Assembly (NCBI GenBank): GCA_000091205.1
Contig: AP006500.2
Strand: one strand, 5' to 3'
DNA: 64,000 nucleotides
Source: Cyanidioschyzon merolae
Lineage: Eukaryota
A program made the translations under genes and the position numbers. Below are positions 54,425 to 64,000 of this stretch, in pieces (the first letter of the stretch is position 1; every line of letters begins with the position of its first letter). The notes beneath the pieces were generated by a model. That model was not told where the DNA came from and made no database searches. It was given only the letters and a program-made list of their open reading frames with translations.

Positions 54425-56527
54425 GTGACCAACGAAACTGCTCTATTGACGCTACAGGAACTATTGGTGACGTGTACTAGTAGACACTTTTTCTTTGAAT
54501 CATTGACAGGGGATATGGAGCGATCTCAGCGCGAAACCTGGTCGGAAACCGCCCCGGATATGCATCCGTACGGCGTCGGAGGTCGTGCAACTCGAGACGG
54601 TCGCGACGCTGCGCTCTATGCGCCAACGAACGTGAACGAAGACCATTTTCGGCTGGATGAAACACGCGCACCGTATAGGCGGTATTCAAAACGCGAGTCT
54701 CTGAAACTGCGCAAGGCATCCGGGTCAACCGGAATAGAAGAGCATACAGCGGGCTCTGTTTACGGGATCGGGGATGCTCCAACAGGAACAAAAGGCCGCA
54801 CACTCTATAGGCCTTTAGAGCTGCAGTCTGGGTGCGTGCAATCGGTGGACCTGCAGGAACCTAGCAGCTTTCCAGCTTCGGTGCCGCGTCCACCGGAAAC
54901 TGTGGTTACTCGAGCAGACACTTCGTCTCCCCCGTGGTACGCTTTCCGGAAAATGCACCCGCAGCACGGGCCGTTCCGGCTTCCAGACGCGCCTGTTACG
55001 CTCCACGTAGCAGGTCTGATGCTTATCTGGGTGCTGGTTCTAGTCAGCTTGCGGAACCGTAGCAAATACGGTGTCCAGCGAATCGACCGCGGCGCGCGCA
55101 TCTGGCGCGAGCGCACTCGTGCCAGAGCCAGGCACCATGGAAGCCCTGCATCGGCTGCTTCTCTCGCGCAACATGTGCATCCGTGCTGTTGGCTGCTGCT
55201 TCCTCTGCCGAGGGTAATACGAGTGCACAGCGCGTCTGTATGGCCGACGGTTAAGCCTATCACGACCACCAAGCTCGAGAATCCCGACCATCTCGAACGC
55301 CTCTGGTACCAACGCCATAGTCGCCATTATGCGAATCTGCATGATTTATCCCTTGGTGGGACTTTCATCGCCTTGTCGGATTCCGATGTCGACTCCGAAG
55401 ACTCGGCGATACCGACGATTGAAGAATACGCAGCGCACCGCAGCGAGTTACCTGCTTCAGAACTGATGCAGCATCGATCGGCCAATGTCCATACAATTGA
55501 GAATCTCGCATTCCCTACGGTTTCCGGGCAGATAGAGAAGAATCAAGCGCCATTCCGAGCGCGCCTGGAAAGCAAACCACAAATACAAGTGCTGCGCGAA
55601 AGGAATCAAGATGTACCCGAGAGGCAGTCGAAGTCAGGTCGCCGCAATGGGCCAATGGGCAAACGCGCATCTCTGCCAGCTTCTTGGGACGGCAGCATCC
55701 AGTATTCGTTGCCGATGCCTGGAGCTGACGCACGCGCACCCATTTTCGACAACGCCAGCAGCATCTCCCTGTCAGCCATTGACTCCTCACTTGAAGCAGC
55801 GAACACGGAGAAAGGCGATCGTGTATGGGAGCATCAAGCTTCAGCTGGGGATATCTCTTCATCCTGGCTTTTGCCATCAAGACATTCTGTGGGCGATTGC
55901 TTCGAGGCCAGCGAGCCAAGCCTCGAATTCGAAACCAGTGAGCATGCGCACCACCCCGAACGATTCATTACAGCGATGACTGCTTTCAGTGCGCGTGCAG
56001 GCCCTGTATCCGAAAGTGGCCAGATTCGCGCCAGTGCAGCACTGCCGGATCAGTCCGGCACCGCTACCGAGTGCACTCCGACGGCGCCGAACTCGTTCGC
56101 CACTGGTTCAAAGCAGGGCCTTCCCGTGCTCTCAGCGCTCATATGGCAGGATGCCCGTGTTCGCCGAAACGCAGACGGCAACTGGTGGCTCGAGCGCCAC
56201 GGCGAGTACCGCCTCGAGCACCAACCACATGTTCTAATCCATTTTGGGGACAAGTTCGGTGTGGATGCAAGAATCTTGCCACACAGTCAAGAATCACAAG
56301 TATGGTACGAGTGGTACATCGAAAGACGGCCCGCTAATTCGTCTGTGGAGCAGCCCTCGTACCAGGGTTGTCGCTGGGGTCGTAACAACGCCGGCGATAC
56401 CTGGTACGTCCGGTACGGCACCGATACAAGTGGTTATCACTGGGAGCAGCGTCTGGACTCGAATGGGGCTCGTTTCCAGCTGGAGTGGGAGCAAAGCATT
56501 GCAACAGTGCTGCACGTGCGACTATGA
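54425..56527 (+). CDS. Hypothetical protein (700-aa ORF, low complexity, no recognised domain)
   Basis: A long uninterrupted ORF in gene-dense context, convergent with TVP23. The C-terminal region 'WYVRYGTDTSGYHWEQRLDSNGARFQLEWEQ' is not repetitive. No homology was recognised. Confidence 0.35.
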   Translation: MTNETALLTLQELLVTCTSRHFFFESLTGDMERSQRETWSETAPDMHPYGVGGRATRDGRDAALYAPTNVNEDHFRLDETRAPYRRYSKRESLKLRKASGSTGIEEHTAGSVYGIGDAPTGTKGRTLYRPLELQSGCVQSVDLQEPSSFPASVPRPPETVVTRADTSSPPWYAFRKMHPQHGPFRLPDAPVTLHVAGLMLIWVLVLVSLRNRSKYGVQRIDRGARIWRERTRARARHHGSPASAASLAQHVHPCCWLLLPLPRVIRVHSASVWPTVKPITTTKLENPDHLERLWYQRHSRHYANLHDLSLGGTFIALSDSDVDSEDSAIPTIEEYAAHRSELPASELMQHRSANVHTIENLAFPTVSGQIEKNQAPFRARLESKPQIQVLRERNQDVPERQSKSGRRNGPMGKRASLPASWDGSIQYSLPMPGADARAPIFDNASSISLSAIDSSLEAANTEKGDRVWEHQASAGDISSSWLLPSRHSVGDCFEASEPSLEFETSEHAHHPERFITAMTAFSARAGPVSESGQIRASAALPDQSGTATECTPTAPNSFATGSKQGLPVLSALIWQDARVRRNADGNWWLERHGEYRLEHQPHVLIHFGDKFGVDARILPHSQESQVWYEWYIERRPANSSVEQPSYQGCRWGRNNAGDTWYVRYGTDTSGYHWEQRLDSNGARFQLEWEQSIATVLHVRL

Positions 56528-56777
56528 TTGCAATCGATTTGTATCCTCTTTCGCTGTCGGCATGCACTCTATCTAGCCCCTGTTGTGCACGACAAACCCA
56601 AGCTGTATCCAAATCGAATGCATCAAAAGCGAATATAGCCATCCGAACGTAGCTTGTAAACGAGCACGGGAAGGCTCTGGAAACAGCCGCCCCGGACGCA
56701 CTGCAGCTTCGTATCCAGCTTCGGTCGCAGCACCTCTGAGTATCCGACACTGAGCGCTAAGCTTGGCGAACATCTTT

Positions 56778-57518
56778 TCAAACTCTCCCGTTGGTATTTG
56801 CCGGCGCCTGATCTCCTCTTGCTGTCTGTTTAAACATCGAGCCGAGGCGCTCGAACTGTCTTGTTAGATAGGCGGCGGCGCCGAGACTATCCGCTGCACT
56901 CCACGCGGTCCCTCGACTTGCAACGCGAGCGCACTGCCAGTATGCAGAAAGTTGACTAGCCTGGAGTATGAAAGCAATAAAAACGACGAGAAGCCAGTTG
57001 AGTTCAAACTTCAGCATACATACGACACCAAGAAGCGCCCAGCACGCTGGTGCAAGATACAGGGACCACCAGAACACCTGGCGCTCGAACGCGGTCGACA
57101 CCAACTCGCTCTCGGGTCGAAACTCAAATCTCAGCGTGTTGCTGCCGTCGAGCTGAACGTGGTTCCACCACCGAAGACCCACCAGCCTCCTTCCTGAAAA
57201 GTTTTTGACCGTCCAAAAGTCCAGCGCAAGTAGGAGGAGCGTCACTACCGTCTGGACAACGAAGGAGTTCGTGAACACGCCCAAAAGAAGAAAAGACACC
57301 ACCGCCCCTATACGAAAGACGAGTGTCGCCACCAGCGCGCCATAGTGTACAGAACGCTGTACATGCCCTTCTCCGGAACCAGTCCTCGAGGGTTTTTCTG
57401 CTTCCTCGGGGGCAGACATGCGGCAAGCGTGCCCACCGGATATCGACAGCAACCGTCGAAACGGATGGGTGTCGGTGCCAGGCGTCGGATCTTCCTGTGC
57501 TGCACCATTTATATACAA
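56778..57518 (-). CDS. Golgi apparatus membrane protein TVP23/FAM18 homolog
   Basis: 246 aa. '[46 protein letters not shown]' matches TVP23B '[47 protein letters not shown]'. Four hydrophobic segments are present. Confidence 0.8.
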   Translation of the reverse strand: [246 protein letters not shown]

Positions 57519-58813
57519 GCTTGTATTATACGGAATAAAATGGACGATTTACGAGGCGCGCTTCTCACGCATCGCGTTGCCTGTCAGCACGCCTGCCGCT
57601 ACACAGCAGCCGCTGTGTACTGGGTGTAGGCGGCAGCCAGTGCACCCCGCGGATGCTTTCTTTGGAGCTGCACAGCAACAACGCTGGATACCCGAAGGAT
57701 GTGCTGGCAATGTCGCGCCTATAGACGTTTCAAAGGTGTGCGAAGCACCATCAAGGGTGAACGCTCACACCAGACGCAATTTTTTAGATGCTCGTAACGC
57801 AAAGATGACACCCTGTCCATGAAATTGGTATCACCGCGGGGCCAGCCTCTACGATACGCTATTCGACAGCGGCGATATGCGCGTGCTTTATCGCCCCGAA
57901 GTATCGTCGCTTCAAGGGATGACGTGCAGCGTTACCGACAACAAGGGTTCTGTCCGTGGGAAGCATTTTTCCATTGAACAGTAAACCATCGAATACGATC
58001 GCGATATCGCACGATTCGTCCGCTCTTTCGAACGCTGAGCCTATGTGGCAACGGCAAATGGTGACGCTTCCACGAAGCATCGATATCATCTGTGGTACGC
58101 CTCGGCTGTATCATGCATCGCATGCGCAGCGCGCTCGATTCCTCCGGGTCCAGAAACGCGCTGTGCATACTCGTGGCCATCACACGGAAGCTAGACAAGT
58201 GGAGTGCTCTTCAGTGGCAAGCGATGGACGCAGCAAGTCGTGCACCCATCGGGCGCTGACGCAAAATTTGTTGTGTTCGTGCATCAGCAACAGCTGGAGC
58301 ACCCGTAACTGCTGCTGCTGCACCGAGTTCTTTTCATGATCAGTGCGAATACCCTTGAAATCACAAGAATGCAAGGAAGCGAACAAGGTACAGTAGCAGC
58401 GTCTATCAAAATCATTTCGGGCACATCTGGTTTTCCGATGCAGTTCGCGTCATGAGCCTCGAACAGCATCCATTTGACAGAGCCAGCGTCGACGGGTCAT
58501 CCACGAGCATCGCAGCCGCTGACCAGTAGCGCTGGAGTACAGGGCACCACGCAGCGCATGTTGTGTCATCGGCTGCACTTGGCGGCTTGCTCGCACCAAG
58601 GCGAACATGTTCGACACCGAAGCGCCACGACGCAAGGCGTCTGGGACATGGGATCTAGTGCAGGGTCAAGTGTGCGCACTCGTCGTCGCGTGTACAAGTT
58701 ATTGAAGCACTTCATTGCAAAGATAAAAAATCTCTCATTGGCACGGCACGTGACGACATCCACCAAATCATATCCTGAGCTACACCGCTGGGGGTAGAGA
58801 CCAGTCTACAATT

Positions 58814-61800
58814 TCATGTTGACGACGAATGTGGCGTCGTGCGCCCTGTACAACGTGGCTGCGAAGTGACGGGCTCCATACAGGCGCGTCTAGATATCGA
58901 CGGCTGGCGACGGCTGTGCGAACGTCGCCCGTTTCGACCTTGCGCTGCCTCCATAGCCTCAATAATCGCCATTTGCTCCGCAAGCCAGGTCGCTTCTGCC
59001 TGTTCTGCAGCCTTTTGTAGCTCTTCATGCTCAATTTCACTGATGGAGGCCCTTGCCTGACCTGAAACGTAGCGTCGATCCCACAACGGTGATAGCTGGT
59101 TTCGACGCACAGCGCATGCACAAGAACGATCTGCATTCTGGGTTTCCTCTAAGAGTTTGCGAAATGAACAAGGCTGTGAGACAGAGGGTCCTGATCCCGC
59201 CTCCTGTCCCCAAGAGCGGGCACGCATGGAGGATGCCGCTGAACCCAACGCTGCAGCCAACGTGTCCGAAATCAAGAGCGAGGGCAAAGAACCCGCCTGC
59301 TGCTGCTGCTGCTGCTGCTGCTCCGGTAACACGGCGTCGCGCGGAGCACGCCTCTGCTGTCGCCCGGCACCAGCCGGGTGCTTAGCGATTCGTTGTGTGC
59401 AAGTTGCGGGATTTTCGGGCGTGCCCGCGATGCTGACAAGCTGCGTGGCTCTTTGCGTGTCCGCTGCCTCTTGCTGAAGGAGCTCTCGAAAGCTCTGGCC
59501 AGCTGAGCGGGCTTTCGCACTGCTAGACGGTGAAGCGCGATCCACTGAAGCGCCTTCGACCGATGAAGTTGAGTGACTCTTTCCGGAAAAAAACGAACCC
59601 GCCTCGCAACATGTTTCTTGGTGCCAAGACCGGTCGCTTTTCGTTCGTATGTACGATTCACGTCGTGCGATATGCTGGGGAGCGGAGCGGCCGCTCGTCA
59701 TGCGCCCCGCACCGGTGTGTTCAGAAGCGTCTTCCATTACGCGAGCGCCGGCGTCTCCTGGGAGCAAAAGAACAGTTGTATAGGAGCCAGCGTGCCCGTC
59801 ATTGTGGGTTACGGCATCGTTCGCCGCTACATGCACCAGTCCAGCGGGCGTTTCGCGCGATGTCGTTTCGCTGGATGTAGACGCGGACTTTCCCGATCGT
59901 ACCGGGCGCGTTCGCGAAAATGGTTGTGCTTCTGCTTTTGATCGCTCTGGGGCTTCTTCGAGATGTTCGCGAGTTTCCTGCATAACGAGGGAACGCCCGT
60001 TCCTTAAGAGAGCTACGTCTGACAAGGCGCGATCCCCCAGGCCCGGTGAGGGAAAATCTCGCGCACTGCGCATCACATCTTCACGTGTTGAAGCGCTCTT
60101 TTCGAAACGCGTTAAGGAGCATACCGATAGACCATACCGAGCACATAATTCACGGAAGGATTGCATCGCAGCCGCCCGGTGCGATTGTTGCTCAGCCCGC
60201 GAAACCGTGCCCCAGTGCTCCGTTTGCTGCAGCATGCGAGATCGCTCATTGGTGTTGGCTAGCATCCGCTTCAGATCCTGCTCGAGAAACGCAAGTGCCA
60301 TAGGAAAAAACTCGAGGTCAAGTCCACGTTCCGTCGTGGACGCCAAAAAGATATCCAAATTGCCCAGCAAAAAGCGCGAGCAGGATTCGCGAATGCACGG
60401 TGTGTTTGCGTACGCGGACGCTTCCAGCAGATGCCAAACTGTGTCAAATGTCAGACGTGCAAGGACCGCCTCCTCGCACATATGAGATAACGAGCACGGC
60501 AGAGGAGTCGTTGTCGTTGTCGTTGTCGCCGCCTGCTGCATTCGAAAATCACAAGAACCCCACTCGAGCGAGCAGGCAGCCATTGAAGTTTGCGCTTGCG
60601 TCCACCGGGCTTCGACAATCGCAAACGCATGCTGCGCAGAGGCGGCAACTTCGATAGCACCTCGCAGATAGGGTACCCGTTTGCCACGACGACGCTTGGT
60701 AAAGGCATCTTCAGTACTCCACTGCCAGAGACAGCCCATTTCATCCAACGCATAGCAAACAGTCGCAGTACAACAGATGCGCTGAAACCGATAGGACATA
60801 CGTCCACTGGTCTGCAGCGGTTGCGCCCATAGCCCTTTCATCTCTGGGTGATCCTGTCGATCGGCAGCAGGAGCTGGCGCTCGATCCCGCCGAGCGTACG
60901 TGTCGCTGTCCAGGCGCAGCAGAAAAGGATCGCCAGCCTCTCCCAGTATCAATACAAAACTACCAGCTGCCGATATTTGCGCGAAACGACGACAAGGAAC
61001 AGCACCTCGGGGGCGTACGCGACTCGCCAGCGACAGCCTTGCACCTGGGGCGTGATCCAGTTCGTCGACGTGCGCGCTCATCGACGCTGTGAGGCCCGGG
61101 AAACGAACCCGCCGCAGGTCCGCGCTACCCGCTATCCAGACCAACACCTCGTCATGGTGATCAGTACGAATGAGCGCAGCACAACGGAAACCGTCACCAG
61201 CGGCAATGGCGCGTGTCTTTCGCTCGCCCAGTGCACCGTGCATGATAGCCCGGTATTTGCAGGGTGCATCTGCAGGCGCCCAATAGACAATGTTTTCCCG
61301 CGAAAGCGCCAAGGCATGTGTTTCACTCAAGTCAACGATGCGTATGGGGTCGTGTTTGAGGCTGGTCACGAAGGTTGGTGACCACAGATCCGAACCCCAG
61401 ACGCAGAGCATACCGCAGGCGGTGATGGCTGCGGACTGTTTGCCACCAGCAGCAACGTACACAATGGGTCTGAGTTCCCATTCAGGAGGTGATAGCCGCA
61501 CGGGTTGCAGGCATGAAAACGGGGATCGATTCGTCCCGAATGCTGACTCACTGCTCGACGAGCCCGTCCTGCTGTATGGACGCCCGAGACCTAGCCTGCC
61601 GTTCGCTCCGAAGCCCGCCACGTATACGCGTCGGTCGCGCGTCAGAAAGATGGTGTGTTGTTCAGCGGTAGCAATCTGAATGACGTCAGCATCAAAAGCG
61701 GCAGAGCCGGACATAGCTTTGCGACCCTCTGATGGCCAACTAGTGCCACCATTTCTGCCAAGCCGTCTTGGTTTCGCATCCGCAGACCGCGTGGAGTGCG

Positions 61801-62482
61801 GTAGGCCCAGCTGGAAGTCAGCGTTTTCACCCCAGGCCCAAACCTCTCGAATCGAGCAAGTCGCTCTCGGAGGTCGGTTGAGGGGCGCGACGTAGCGCAA
61901 GTAGTACAGGTCCAGGGGTGACAAGTTTTCGTGGTCTCGGCTGAGGAGCACCTCGTGGTCTTTCAAAATAAGCTCGATGAACGCTCTCAAGTTGCCAGTG
62001 TATACTGCTCGGTGTGCTGCCGACCAACCGCTCTCCCAGTCGCGCTCCCTCAAGAAGTTGCTAGGGCAACGGTTCGCGGCGAGCAGCTGCTGCACGCCTT
62101 CGAAGGCGAGGTCCGCGTTTTCGAAGCCTGCAATCCAGTGTAACAGGGTACGTCCACACTCATCTCTTTGAGAAACTATCCCTGTTAGCGTGGTTTCTCT
62201 TTCATCGGTGTCCAGCGGCGCTAGTCGGCGTTCCACGCAGTTTGACGCTGCTTTACTGGCGAGCGTGCACGGCAGAGCGCTGCATACCCTGCGTTCGGAC
62301 ATGGACGACTCCTCAGCGTAGCAGCTACCGACCAACTCTATGCCATTCTCAAACGATACAGTATTTGGCAACCCGTAGCTATGAGGCAAACGCTGTCGTT
62401 CAAACAAGTCTGGCGGATGGTGCGTCCAAACGGTTGAAAGTGGCCGCGAATTCTCGGTACCAGGTAGAGACCGGGGAATCAC
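58814..62482 (-). CDS. Ankyrin / RCC1-repeat / BTB-like multidomain protein (IBTK-like), with a poly-Q tract
   Basis: 1222 aa. Ankyrin-like 'GRTLLHWIAGFENADLAFEGVQQLLAANRCPSNFLRERDWESGWSAAHRAVYTGNLRAFIELIL'. RCC1-like repeats 'VWAWGENADFQLGL', 'IFLTRDRRVYVAGFGANGRLGLG', 'GMLCVWGSD' and 'GCLWQWS'. BTB-like 'LARLTFDTVWHLLEASAYANTPCIRESCSRFLLGNLDIFL'. Poly-Q 'EQQQQQQQQAGS'. Confidence 0.55.
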   Translation of the reverse strand: MIPRSLPGTENSRPLSTVWTHHPPDLFERQRLPHSYGLPNTVSFENGIELVGSCYAEESSMSERRVCSALPCTLASKAASNCVERRLAPLDTDERETTLTGIVSQRDECGRTLLHWIAGFENADLAFEGVQQLLAANRCPSNFLRERDWESGWSAAHRAVYTGNLRAFIELILKDHEVLLSRDHENLSPLDLYYLRYVAPLNRPPRATCSIREVWAWGENADFQLGLPHSTRSADAKPRRLGRNGGTSWPSEGRKAMSGSAAFDADVIQIATAEQHTIFLTRDRRVYVAGFGANGRLGLGRPYSRTGSSSSESAFGTNRSPFSCLQPVRLSPPEWELRPIVYVAAGGKQSAAITACGMLCVWGSDLWSPTFVTSLKHDPIRIVDLSETHALALSRENIVYWAPADAPCKYRAIMHGALGERKTRAIAAGDGFRCAALIRTDHHDEVLVWIAGSADLRRVRFPGLTASMSAHVDELDHAPGARLSLASRVRPRGAVPCRRFAQISAAGSFVLILGEAGDPFLLRLDSDTYARRDRAPAPAADRQDHPEMKGLWAQPLQTSGRMSYRFQRICCTATVCYALDEMGCLWQWSTEDAFTKRRRGKRVPYLRGAIEVAASAQHAFAIVEARWTQAQTSMAACSLEWGSCDFRMQQAATTTTTTTPLPCSLSHMCEEAVLARLTFDTVWHLLEASAYANTPCIRESCSRFLLGNLDIFLASTTERGLDLEFFPMALAFLEQDLKRMLANTNERSRMLQQTEHWGTVSRAEQQSHRAAAMQSFRELCARYGLSVCSLTRFEKSASTREDVMRSARDFPSPGLGDRALSDVALLRNGRSLVMQETREHLEEAPERSKAEAQPFSRTRPVRSGKSASTSSETTSRETPAGLVHVAANDAVTHNDGHAGSYTTVLLLPGDAGARVMEDASEHTGAGRMTSGRSAPQHIARRESYIRTKSDRSWHQETCCEAGSFFSGKSHSTSSVEGASVDRASPSSSAKARSAGQSFRELLQQEAADTQRATQLVSIAGTPENPATCTQRIAKHPAGAGRQQRRAPRDAVLPEQQQQQQQQAGSLPSLLISDTLAAALGSAASSMRARSWGQEAGSGPSVSQPCSFRKLLEETQNADRSCACAVRRNQLSPLWDRRYVSGQARASISEIEHEELQKAAEQAEATWLAEQMAIIEAMEAAQGRNGRRSHSRRQPSISRRACMEPVTSQPRCTGRTTPHSSST
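59297..59322. repeat. (CTG)n microsatellite, encoding poly-Gln on the minus-strand gene
   Basis: 'ctgctgctgctgctgctgctgctg' read directly. Confidence 0.85.
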
Positions 62483-62569
62483 GCGGGCAAACCTAGTACT
62501 CCTTCACCCATTTTCGAGAAAAAATGGATGCATCCATTTGGTTACCTCGGGTGTGAAAACAGAAAAGTT

Positions 62570-63600
62570 TGAGTCTCTTTCCGATGTCATCACCATAAGC
62601 GTTTGCAGAATGTTTCTGTAAATGCGGCATTTTCCTCCCCGTATCAGTGAAGTTTAACGTCGCTGATCTCATCTGCCTCTTCACATCCGTTGTCAGCCGT
62701 CGAAGGATGTTGATTCTGGCGTTATAGTCCCGAATTCATAGAATCCGGTTGTCTTCGAATCATAGCATACACAGAGGGAATTTGCGATCTACGCTTCGCT
62801 TGCCACTTTCATCTCCATTGTGGTGAGCATCCGCGCGCCTTTTCCAGAGAGGTCCATTGGATTTGGTCAAGTTTTCTCAGATGGCTGCCTTAGGTCCACC
62901 TCCGAGAGCAGTCGAGCGACACGTTGACGCTTGCTTCATCATCCGGTGCATGTACTTTATAAGTACTGGAGGCCCTGCTGAATACTCTCCTCCGTTCCCG
63001 CACCCGGTGCCGTATCCTACGATCACCGGCTTGTTCTGGGTGATACGCGGAACGCTTGCTCTGACCGGTTCGTGTGCGATCTCACGTTGTTCCGTCGAAT
63101 AGGGATTTGTGGAACGCATTGTCTTCCATGATGGAAAACTATCGAAAGGAAAATCCAGACTGGAGAACAAGTCCAGTATTTTCGATCCGGATACGCTGCC
63201 GTCGTGCAACGCGGTGACACTCACACCAATCCTAGTGATAGTACAGGGCCGAGTTCAAGACTCGTCTTCGCACGAGCAGAAGAGAAGAACACTTCCGGAA
63301 GCATTACCTGTGAATGGTATCGTGTTTATGTCGTATGCTGTCTGGTGGATGTCCGGAAAGAGAGGAGGATATTTCTTTAGAATTGAATCGAATATTTTTC
63401 GTTACAAGTTTCAAGAAGTTTCCCGATGAGCTTTTGAAGAGCCGCCAAGGGACGGCGTCGAGTTTTTCTCCTCGTCAAGACATCTGCGCGAACTGCTGCG
63501 CCCACGAGCTGCCCTGACATAGGAGGATCGAAAAATTGAAGAATCCGTGATTGAAGCATGCGTTACGTAAGGAAAGGAGTGGATTGGATGTTTGGACGTA
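62570..63600 (-). repeat. Partial copy of the dispersed repeat superfamily at the window edge (core2-complement at ~63150, core1-complement at ~63525)
   Basis: 'ctggagaacaagtccagtattttcgatcc'. 'ggaggatcgaaaaattgaagaatccgtgat' is the reverse complement of the core1 type 'attcttcaagttttcgat...'. The peptide 'LQSRILQFFDPPMSGQLVGAAVRADVLT' (63377..63559-) parallels 'LKPRILQVFDSSVSGHLVGAAIRADGLT' (26.06k+). Confidence 0.6.
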
Positions 63601-64000
63601 CGCATCCGAATATGGTATCGATGCATTCACGCGCATTTTCGTTCGAGGACGTCGCTTATCCTCATGACTACGGTAACGTCAAGAATTGCAGTCGCCAATC
63701 GTTGAAGAGCCACTCCGCGAAGACGACAAGGTATCCTAAAATTACGTATGCATTCGTAATTCCTTAATGCAGCAATTCGAACATCGAGTCCGTACATTTG
63801 ATAAAAGTTCGGAAGAAATAGAGAGGCAGGAACGGCGCGACGATTTCTATGTTGGTTTTCATCTGAAACCAGTGTAGAGTGTCAACGTGCTGACGCGGAG
63901 CCACATTGTTCATGATGCAAGATCGAGGCATCTAGACAGGATGCAATGGATACTCGAGTGCTGCCGAAAGCCAGAGAAGCGTCCTCAATCATTCCAGGTA

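Noticed and set aside
1-64000. Trypanosomatid origin (suggested by GC-rich intronless genes)
   Set aside because: Gene orientation switches strand every one to three genes instead of forming long polycistronic runs. Glo1 is the eukaryotic Zn-type, whereas trypanosomatids have the Ni-type. Plastid-lineage DUF genes and a CCT protein are also present.
1-64000. CRISPR arrays, rRNA genes and other structured RNA genes (snRNA, 5S) were looked for
   Set aside because: No short direct-repeat and spacer array was found. No match to conserved 5S, U2 or U6 cores was noticed. The repeated elements present are 1-1.4 kb dispersed repeats, not CRISPR-like.

Overview
This window looks like nuclear DNA from a eukaryote with compact, intron-poor genes; overall GC is roughly 50-55% by spot checks.

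**Host genes.** About 18 long uninterrupted ORFs on both strands have clear eukaryotic homologies:
- eukaryotic-type glyoxalase I
- DUF1517-like and DUF1350-like plastid/cyanobacterial-type proteins
- eIF2B-epsilon
- a Gfo/Idh/MocA oxidoreductase
- nicotinamidase
- an ABC1/ADCK kinase
- parvulin Par14
- Vps29
- GINS Sld5
- CDC27/APC3
- a CCT-motif (CONSTANS-type) protein
- a 1506-aa Pumilio/PUF protein
- an NHLRC2-like protein
- TVP23
- an ankyrin/RCC1/BTB protein resembling IBTK

**Likely source.** The plant/plastid-lineage genes (CCT, DUF1350, DUF1517), the absence of obvious introns and a density of about one gene per 3.5 kb suggest an intron-poor photosynthetic eukaryote. A red alga of the Cyanidioschyzon or Chondrus type is possible, but this is inference only. 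Frequent strand switching and a human-type Glo1 argue against a trypanosomatid.

**Unusual content: decayed mobile DNA in the intergenic space.**
- Four degenerate copies of a TnpB/Fanzor-like C-terminal remnant, each carrying the RuvC-III-like motif 'EFVNRDxNAAINIRRC'.
- One of these remnants lies immediately 3' of a frameshifted Tc1/mariner-type DDE transposase remnant, whose HTH region and 'DN...PYNPWFNPIE' motif are still recognisable.
- A 4.65-kb foldback-like element with 1.39-kb inverted arms encloses another Fanzor-like remnant, inserted between the convergent parvulin and Vps29 genes.
- Two near-identical 1.38-kb direct repeats, 10.66 kb apart, bracket the CCT and Pumilio genes.
- A dispersed non-coding repeat superfamily shares two conserved cores about 370 bp apart and includes the IR arms, the direct repeats and at least four further partial copies.

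No rRNA, convincing tRNA or CRISPR was found.
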